In this document: positions 8,532 to 15,388 of the stretch, one piece after another
How the letters are laid out: the number at the start of each line of letters is the position of its first letter
Position numbering within the stretch: position 1 is the stretch's first letter
DNA from: Candidatus Krumholzibacteriia bacterium
GTDB lineage: Bacteria > Krumholzibacteriota > Krumholzibacteriia > WVZY01
Assembly (NCBI GenBank): GCA_036478295.1
Contig: JAZGDW010000148.1
Location: 1 to 16,813, forward strand
Length of the DNA: 16,813 bases
Direction of reading: 5' to 3'
Notes under the pieces: generated by a model
Databases searched by the model: none
The model's input: only the letters and a program-made list of their open reading frames with translations
What the model was told of the DNA's origin: nothing
Program-made: the position numbers and the translations under genes

Positions 8532-8646
8532 GGCAGACCTCCTTGCGGTGATTAGACTTACTCCAACTTCGCCGACCCTAGCACGGGGCCGGGCGGCGCC
8601 CGACCCGGCTTTGTCGCCTGGAGCATCGAGGCAAGGATGTGAGAAT

Positions 8647-8707
8647 ATCTGAGTTTGTGCTCACATTACGACACTATGTATATGAGCTATTACTCACATT
8701 TTGTCAA
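8647..8707. promoter_or_regulatory. Tandem palindromic operator-like sites upstream of the lipoprotein gene
   Basis: ATCTGAGtttgtgCTCACATT (8647-8667) and ATATGAGctattaCTCACATT (8680-8700), 33 bp apart, next to a minus-strand TTGACA at 8707-8702. Confidence 0.65.
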
Positions 8708-8867
8708 GGGGCCTTTTTGCGCTGGCCAGGCCACGGTCAAGTAACCCACATATTTGCAATGGGATCAGTATCAAGGCGCAGGCTGATGGCTTCGACTGGA
8801 CAGGTGAGACGGCCCCACTCGCCCCTACCGCTCTGCGAGACCGGCTGCCCTTTTGGCGGGGCTGTCT

Positions 8868-10569
8868 TTATTTCACCAAGACCATCTTCCGGGTCTTCGA
8901 AAACCCGGGTCCCTGAAGCCGATAGAAATAGATGCCTGAGGCGACACGCCTGCCGCGGGTGTTCCTTCCATCCCACATCACTTGCCGCTCGCCGGGTGTC
9001 CGCACGTTTGCGTCGACGAGGGTGCGTACGAGCCGCCCGCCGGCATCGTAGATTCTGAGGCTCACACGACCACCCCCGGCCGGCACGTCAAAGCGAATCA
9101 CCGTTACCGGGTTGAACGGATTGGGCAGGTTCTGATGCAGAACGGCCGCGCGCGACGGCGAGTCTTCTCTGCCATCGCCAGTGGGCGCGCCCCCGGTTGA
9201 ATCACACGAATGTGGTCGTAGGCCTCAAACCTCGCCTCGCCCACCAAGCCCGTGATCTTGAGTTCAATGTCGTCACCGACATCGAGAATATCCTGAACGG
9301 CTTCTCTGGAAAACTTGACCATGAGATCCGGCGTGCCGTCGCCGTCCTCGTCCCCCACCGAGGCGGGATTACTCTGGGCGGGCACGGCGTCGTTCAGCAT
9401 GATCGAACTCACGTCCACGTCGGCGGCGGAGCACTCACATTCGCCGGTAACTTCAATATAGGCGCTTATCCAACGCCCGCTCGACTTCAGGTTCAAGGTG
9501 CGAGGACGGACCTCGACCGTCGCCGATACGAAAATACCGGAGAAGTCCGGAGTCACGGAAATCTCGTTCGAGAAGGGACTCTCGCCCTCGCCGTCGACGG
9601 CGGTCACCCGAAAGTAGAGCGTGGTCCCCGCCGCAAAACCAAGTACCTCAAACGTGCTCTCGCTCGTCCGGCCCGCCAGCTCGGCCGGATTCGGCGCCTG
9701 CCCCCAATAGATATTGTAGCCCTCGACAGCTTCATCCCCGAACTTTGTAAAGTGTAGCCTTAGGCTCTGGTTCTTGGTTTCCGCCCACAGGTACGGCGCA
9801 GCCGCTACGCCTGCCCACTCGAAACGAAACGACCGGTAGCTGGCTGTTTCTTGAAATCGAGCACGAAGCCGCCGGGAGCTTTCTGGAAATACACCGGGAA
9901 CCCCGTGTTGCCCAGAATCATCATGTACGGTGTGCCCGGAGGAGTACCGGGAAAGGTGAAGTTGGAAAGAAAAATGTGCCCAGGTGCGGGGTTGTCCGTC
10001 GTCGTAATCGTTATGTCCGGAAAATCGGACGGCAGCTAGAAAGTGCCGGGCAAGACGTTTTTTGACAGCTTCTGCGGCTTCTCCTCCGGATAATCTCCCG
10101 TGCGCCTTCCCGGAAGCGCGGCCCCAAGCCCGACGCAGTCGCACAACTCGGTGACGGGTTCTCTTGCCGGCCACGCCGTCTTGGGTGAGATCGTGAAGCT
10201 GAACGCGAAGTCCCCCGTCGAGCGGCCACCGCCGCGTGATTCTCCAACCGTAACGCGGACGACCTCACCCGGTACGAATTCCCGATACGGTTTGAAGATC
10301 ACGGTTCTCGAGTCCCTGGCGGTGACCCACTCGCCATGGTGCACGCCGCTCCGGGCACCCGAGACGGTGACTCCGCCCGTCCAGTCGCTTCGCGACGCTT
10401 TGAACCCCGCGGTGGGCCGAAAGATAACCGTCGTTTGCCTGGACACAAGCTCCGCACCAGGGAGTGGCGACAGGTAATAAAAGGGCCCTTCCTGTGTCTT
10501 GGCAGAAGGGCCGCCGGCAAACAACGCTACAAACGCGATGGACACTGCGAGATATGTCAGCCTTCGCAT
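8868..10569 (-). pseudogene. Decayed paralog of the aryl-sulfate sulfotransferase-like gene at 11593..14091
   Basis: Colinear with the intact copy (GPFYYLSPLPGA, YMMIL.NTG, DFKKQP, SYR.FRFEW, GESPFSNEI, TLNLKS.GRWI, QNxPNPFNP, GIYFYRL). Lesions: in-frame TAG at 10038-10036 where the paralog has Glu; DFKKQP fused out of frame to SYRSFRF at ~9841; frameshift at ~9186-9194. Confidence 0.9.
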
Positions 10570-10909
10570 ACCTGGTTCCTCCGTCTTGTCAAGCAGTTAC
10601 AGCAGGCCGCTAATACTTCAGCCCCGGCTCGCGAGGCATTCAAGCCGTCGGTCCGGTCCCCAGAGGGTGTTCACTATAACACAGGGTCCGCGTGACGACC
10701 ACTGACGGGGTCGATCCCGGTGCGCGAAGGCTGATCCAACCACCTGTTCCATACACGGTTACGCTCGTGTGCGGAATTGAGAATTGTCAACTAAATGACC
10801 GATTCCAAGATCCGTTGATTTCGCTTTATAGACGCCCGATTTTGTTATATGATCCCGCTCCTAAATTGAAGGCGTTGTGGAGTCGGCATTCAGACAAAGG
10901 AGTTCGCAG

Positions 10910-11551
10910 ATGAGAATTGCTAAGGTATTTCTCGTTACCCTTGTCGCGCTGACCGTGGTCGGAGCGTCTCTTGCAAGCGCACAAACGCCTTACATCGGCG
11001 TGTTCTTCGAGGTCACACCGGATTTCAACGGCAAAGGAGAAACGGCGATCCCGCCGGGCGCGGGAGGGGAGATTGATTCGGTCTTTTTTGTCGCGTACAA
11101 CTTGAACTGCCTTGTAACGGGGTTTCAGTTCGCGGTGGATTACGGACCGTGCCTGACGCTCATCGCAGACCTGGATGTGCCCGCGCTGCCCGTGGCTGGC
11201 CCCGGTGTAACCTTCGGTACTACTGCCACCGGCATTTCAATCGTATACTCCGCAGGGAATGTACGCTTCGGGGTTCTGCCCAACTTCAAGGATGGAACGA
11301 AGAACGTGCACATTGCGACGTCAATCGTTCAGTGGAGCACAACGGGTGCATGTCGGAATTGTTCGGTAACAGACAGGCCAGTGATCGTCAAGGAGAACAT
11401 TTTCTTCGGCAACCCGACTCCCGTGTATCTCTGTTTCGCGACGGGGGTTAATGTTTTTCATCCAGCCGAGGGTCTCACCGCGCTCATTTGCGCCACCGTG
11501 CCGGTTGAAGAGAGTACGTGGGGCAAAGTGAAGGCGTTGTACACGCGGTAG
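10910..11551 (+). CDS. Secreted Cys-containing hypothetical protein (possibly cohesin-like beta-sandwich) with a conserved C-terminal WGxxKALY tail
   Basis: SD AAGGAG before ATG 10910. Signal peptide MRIAKVFLVTLVALTVVGASLASA. Beta-strand pattern with several Cys. Ends VPVEESTWGKVKALYTR. The fold assignment is a guess. Confidence 0.8.
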   Translation: MRIAKVFLVTLVALTVVGASLASAQTPYIGVFFEVTPDFNGKGETAIPPGAGGEIDSVFFVAYNLNCLVTGFQFAVDYGPCLTLIADLDVPALPVAGPGVTFGTTATGISIVYSAGNVRFGVLPNFKDGTKNVHIATSIVQWSTTGACRNCSVTDRPVIVKENIFFGNPTPVYLCFATGVNVFHPAEGLTALICATVPVEESTWGKVKALYTR

Positions 11552-11592
11552 ATCTGGTCAAGGGCAAGCGACATCCTGGGAAACGAGAACAA

Positions 11593-14091
11593 CTACTTCA
11601 GCAGAACCATCTTCCGGGTTTGCGAAAACCCGGGTCCCTGGAGCCTGTAGAAATAAATTCCTGACGCGACGCGCGTACCGCGGGCGTCCGTGCTATCCCA
11701 CGTCACTTCCCCGTGGTGCGGGCGGGCGATATCCTCATCGACGAGGGTGCGTACGAGCCGGCCGCCGGTATCGTATATCCGTAACGTGACACGGCCACTC
11801 CCCGCGGGGAGATCATAGCGAATAACGGTCGACGGGTTGAACGGGTTGGGCCGGTTCTGTTGCAAAACAGTTTGCTGCGGCCTGCGATCTCTCTCCCCAT
11901 CTTCTGCAAGCGTGCCCGGCCGGATCACGCGAATGTAATCGATCGCCTCGAACGGAGCGCCACTCACCGATCCCGTGACCTTGAGCGCCACGTCCTCTCC
12001 AACATCGAGAATCTCCGCGATGGCTTGTCTGTCAAACTTCACCATGAGATCCGGCGTTCCGTCGCCGTCCGCGTCCCCCACAGTGGCCGGATGGTTGTCC
12101 GCGGGTACGGCGTCATTTAGCAGCAGCGAACTCACGTCGACCTCGGCTGCGGAGCGCTCGCAATCGCCGCCAAACTCGAGATACGCTGTGATCCACCGCC
12201 CTTTCGATTTCAGGTTCAAGGTACGCGGGTGAAACTCGACGGTCGCGGACGCCTCGATGTCCGTCAAGTCCGGGGTGACGCAAATCTCATTCGAAAAAGG
12301 ACTCTCGCCTTCTTCATCCACAGCAGTCACCCGGAAGTACAGCGGCACCCCCCCGGTAAAGCAGTGAACGTCGAACCGGTTTTCACTCGTTCTACCCGCC
12401 AGCTCGGTCGGATTCGGTGTGTCCCCTCGATAGACGTTGTAGGTCCGGACATCCCGGTCACCGAACTTGGTGAAGTGTAGCGTCAGGGTCTCGGTCTCCG
12501 TCTTCGCCCACAGGTACGGCGCCGCCGCCACGGCTTCCCATTCAAAGCGAAACGCGCGGTAACTGAACACCTTGTCGGCAAACTCCATCTCGAATGCCTT
12601 CTCGCCGTCCGGGCGAACCTCCGTCACGCCCGGGTGTGTGCTGCCCCAACCGATGACCGAATTTCCGTTCGCAAGCCTCTGTATATTGCCCATCGCGATG
12701 CCGAGCGTCGCCGGGTCGTTGCGAAACTGCCAGACGCGGGTGGCGGTCTTGTTCACCTCGTCGACCTCGTACTCGATCACCCGGGACTCCGGCGGGTCGT
12801 GGAAGTTGCCGTTGTCGTACAGCGTTATCGTACCGCTATCCAGGCGCCTGCACGAATGCTGGTACGAAAACCACAGCGTGTCGCCCACCAGGGTAAACTC
12901 GTTGTTCTTGCCGCCCATGCGCCAGATGATGTCGCCGGTGTCGCGGTTGATCTTGGTGATCTCATCGAGGTGCCGCGAGGAGAGCAGCAGATGCCCGTCG
13001 CGGTCGAGTTCGATTGAATTGGGGTGCACGTAATCGATGCTCGAGCGCGTGAAGTCCAGCTGCGTGGCGTCGAGAATGTCAAAATGGTCCCAGCTCCGCC
13101 ACTGAAAGACCACGTTCTTGTCCGGGTCCACTTCCTGAATGATGAGTCCGAAGACCGTGGCGTTCGGGTCGCCTCCGGTGACAATCTGGCTCATGTCGAT
13201 CTTCTGGTCGTCCACGCCCATCAGCAGCGCGTTTCCGTCCGGCAGGATCTGCAGGTCGTGTACGTCCGTGCCAAAACCCTGCGCCCAGAAGCTGTCGACA
13301 ACGGTGTAGGTATTGTCCATCAGGAAATACTTGCTCCCCCAGACCATGTAAGACAATCGCTCGTCCGGCTGCTTCTTGAAATCCATCGTGAAGCGGCCGG
13401 CGGCCTTCTGGAAAAAGATGGGAGCGCCCGTGTTGTCCAGGATCATCATGTAATGACTGTTGGGGGGGTCATCCCGGAAGGTCAAACTGGAGACGAAAAT
13501 GTATCCGGGCGACGGATTGTCCAGCGTCGTGACCGTTCTATCCGGAAACCCTGCCGGCAGTTCGATATTCCCGGGCATGACGTGTCTGGACAACTTCTGG
13601 GGCTTTTCCAGCGGGTAGTCTCCGCGGCGCGATCCTGAAAACGCCGGTTCGACACAGTCACAGAGCTTGGTAACCGTTTCCCTTTCCAGTCCCGCCACCT
13701 TCGGTGAGATCGTGAACGTAAATGCGAAGGTCCCCGTCGACCAGCGACCGCCTGGCGATTCGCCCACGGTGACACGCACGCGCTCACCCGGTTCGAATTC
13801 CCGGTGCGGTTTGAAGATCACGGTCTTCGAGTCCCGGGCGAACACCCAGTCGCCATCGTGAACCCCACTCCGGGTGCCCGTGACGGTGACTCCGCTTGTC
13901 CACCCCCCCTGCCCCGCCTTGAACGCTGCAGTCGGCCGAAAGATCAGTGTCGCTTGTGTGGAAACAAGGTCCGCCCCCGGCAGTGGCGACAGGTAGTAAA
14001 ACGGTCCTTCGTCCGTTCTGGCAGAAGGACCGCTGAGGAAAAAAAGCGTGGAAACTCCGATAAATGCCACGAGGGATGCAATTCTTCTCAT
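11593..14091 (-). CDS. Secreted aryl-sulfate sulfotransferase (ASST)-like protein with N-terminal Ig-like, FN3-like, DxDxDG-containing and C-terminal FlgD-Ig/T9SS-like domains (832 aa)
   Basis: Start ATG 14091 behind AAAGGA. ASST-type motifs DVHDLQILPDG, DYVHPNSIELD, LLLSSRH, IIWRMGG, SYQH, LYDNG, GNIQRLANGN.VIGWG. FN3-like YNVYRG...YFRVTAVD..GESPFSNE. C-terminus QNRPNPFNPST.IRY...IYD..GRLVRTL...GIYFYRL...TRKMVLLK. Confidence 0.88.
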   Translation of the reverse strand: MRRIASLVAFIGVSTLFFLSGPSARTDEGPFYYLSPLPGADLVSTQATLIFRPTAAFKAGQGGWTSGVTVTGTRSGVHDGDWVFARDSKTVIFKPHREFEPGERVRVTVGESPGGRWSTGTFAFTFTISPKVAGLERETVTKLCDCVEPAFSGSRRGDYPLEKPQKLSRHVMPGNIELPAGFPDRTVTTLDNPSPGYIFVSSLTFRDDPPNSHYMMILDNTGAPIFFQKAAGRFTMDFKKQPDERLSYMVWGSKYFLMDNTYTVVDSFWAQGFGTDVHDLQILPDGNALLMGVDDQKIDMSQIVTGGDPNATVFGLIIQEVDPDKNVVFQWRSWDHFDILDATQLDFTRSSIDYVHPNSIELDRDGHLLLSSRHLDEITKINRDTGDIIWRMGGKNNEFTLVGDTLWFSYQHSCRRLDSGTITLYDNGNFHDPPESRVIEYEVDEVNKTATRVWQFRNDPATLGIAMGNIQRLANGNSVIGWGSTHPGVTEVRPDGEKAFEMEFADKVFSYRAFRFEWEAVAAAPYLWAKTETETLTLHFTKFGDRDVRTYNVYRGDTPNPTELAGRTSENRFDVHCFTGGVPLYFRVTAVDEEGESPFSNEICVTPDLTDIEASATVEFHPRTLNLKSKGRWITAYLEFGGDCERSAAEVDVSSLLLNDAVPADNHPATVGDADGDGTPDLMVKFDRQAIAEILDVGEDVALKVTGSVSGAPFEAIDYIRVIRPGTLAEDGERDRRPQQTVLQQNRPNPFNPSTVIRYDLPAGSGRVTLRIYDTGGRLVRTLVDEDIARPHHGEVTWDSTDARGTRVASGIYFYRLQGPGFSQTRKMVLLK

Positions 14092-14230
14092 CCTGGGTTC
14101 CTTTTGCTTGCTGCGCCGCAGGGGCAGCCGGGTCCGAAGAGGCTCCAGACGCCGGTTCGATGCCCGGCGCCACTCTAGTATACCATGCCGGGCGTGCAAT
14201 ACCTGCCGCCGTCTGCAAATCACCGGCAAT

Positions 14231-14246
14231 TGGAGCAGATTTTGCA
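14231..14246 (+). promoter_or_regulatory. Sigma54 -24/-12 promoter
   Basis: TGGAGCAGATTTTGCA, GG-N10-GC. It mirrors the site upstream of paralog A (both read TGGnnnAGATYTTGCA). Confidence 0.6.
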
Positions 14247-14360
14247 GACAGATACGGTTCGGGTCAGTCTGTCATGAATTCTTGCGCCCAGACGTCAAGT
14301 TTCTGGCCAGCCTATATGAATTTTTGCCATGCACGGCTCAAACCGAACGAGGTGGAAAAA

Positions 14361-15263
14361 ATGACCAAAGATCACGAGGCGCCAACCAAGAACGAGTCCG
14401 CCGCCGACGCGGCGGACTCATCGATCGACGAAGCGCCTGTGCAGGAATCGCCGATTAACCAGCCCGTCGCAGAGGCGTTTCCGAGCAGCCCGAGCCCGCC
14501 GGATCAGGTTGACCGCTCCAGCCTGCACGCCGAGGCCGAACGGCTGACAGCGTTCAAGAACGCGAAACTCAAGAAAAACAACCAGACGCCGTGTCCTGCG
14601 TGTGCCACCCTGGTTCATATCGACGAGAACCTGTGTCCACACTGCAACACGGACATCGCCGCGAACAATGCCCTCGTGCGCGAGTCCGTGCGCCGGCTCA
14701 AGGACATCAACTCCCAACTGGGGAGCATCCGCGGGCAGGCGTGGCGCAGTCGTTTGAAGCGCATAATCTGGCCGATATGGCAGCGGGTCCAGGGCTTCTT
14801 TCTCGATCCCACGCGGCGAGACGACCTGAGGGTGATGATTCCTTCGCTCGCCGGGTTCTTAGCGGTGGTCATCGTCGTGCGCGTGACCGGCAATACGCTG
14901 CTCTTCTGGTCGGTCTCGATCATCGGCGGCGTCGTTGCCTATTACCTGCTCGGCAGATCCCGTACGCGACGATACGTCACGATGGACTTCTACCGCATGG
15001 CGCTCGTCTTCGGATTGATGCTTGTCATGACCACGTCAGTCGTCGGGCCCACGTCGTTCTCCGGCGGCACGGCCAGGGCGATGGTCACCGTGCAGTCGGC
15101 GAAGGTGAACATCCGCAGGTCCGCCACCACGGACTCGCGCATCGTGACCACGGTGCAGGAGGGCGATCAGCTGGCCTTACTCAAGCGCGGAGACGCCTGG
15201 TACAAGGTCAGGACACCCGATGGAAAAACTGGCTGGGTGTTCGCAAACCTGGTGAAGGAATAA
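14361..15263 (+). CDS. Zn-ribbon / coiled-coil / 3-TM / C-terminal SH3b-domain membrane protein (paralog B)
   Basis: SD GAGGTGG before ATG 14361. Acidic/Pro-rich N-terminus, CPAC-x10-CPHC, three hydrophobic segments, VNIRRSATTDSRIVTT...WYKVRTPDGKTGWVFANLV. Confidence 0.85.
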   Translation: MTKDHEAPTKNESAADAADSSIDEAPVQESPINQPVAEAFPSSPSPPDQVDRSSLHAEAERLTAFKNAKLKKNNQTPCPACATLVHIDENLCPHCNTDIAANNALVRESVRRLKDINSQLGSIRGQAWRSRLKRIIWPIWQRVQGFFLDPTRRDDLRVMIPSLAGFLAVVIVVRVTGNTLLFWSVSIIGGVVAYYLLGRSRTRRYVTMDFYRMALVFGLMLVMTTSVVGPTSFSGGTARAMVTVQSAKVNIRRSATTDSRIVTTVQEGDQLALLKRGDAWYKVRTPDGKTGWVFANLVKE

Positions 15264-15293
15264 ACACGCGGGTTACATTTGTAGAACGGCGCC

Positions 15294-15337
15294 ACAGGAG
15301 ACAGGCCTGATGACATCTCATCAGGCCTGTCTCTTGT
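15294..15337. terminator. Long hairpin between convergent genes; probable bidirectional terminator
   Basis: ACAGGAGACAGGCCTGATGA-catc-TCATCAGGCCTGTCTCTTGT: 20-bp stem with 19 Watson-Crick pairs and one G-U. Confidence 0.7.
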
Positions 15338-15388
15338 CACACTCCCGCTACCGTCTGCCACTCCCACGGTGTACTAGAGCGCGGGTGG

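Noticed and set aside
10036..10038. Programmed TAG readthrough or pyrrolysine
   Set aside because: The position aligns to a non-catalytic Glu (one change from GAG), the gene has two other disabling lesions, and TAG is a normal stop for several genes here.
9104..10174. 356-aa ORF as an independent gene
   Set aside because: Its first ~110 aa and its last ~28 aa are off-frame readings of the pseudogene; only the middle matches the paralog.
8868..14091. Diversity-generating retroelement or silent-cassette system formed by the two ASST copies
   Set aside because: Divergence is spread over the whole gene and is not adenine-specific, and no reverse transcriptase or recombinase is present. Ordinary duplication and decay explains it.
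14092..14185. Riboswitch in the ASST leaders (also 10570..10680)
   Set aside because: GC-rich hairpins and weak similarity between the two leaders are present, but I recognise no aptamer consensus. An Rfam/Infernal scan would settle it.
14064..14360. N-terminal ORF extensions (also 14092..14229, 1938..2063, 5547..5729, 16463..16516)
   Set aside because: They mostly overlap predicted promoters or divergent genes. Downstream starts fit better on SD, signal peptide or paralog alignment.
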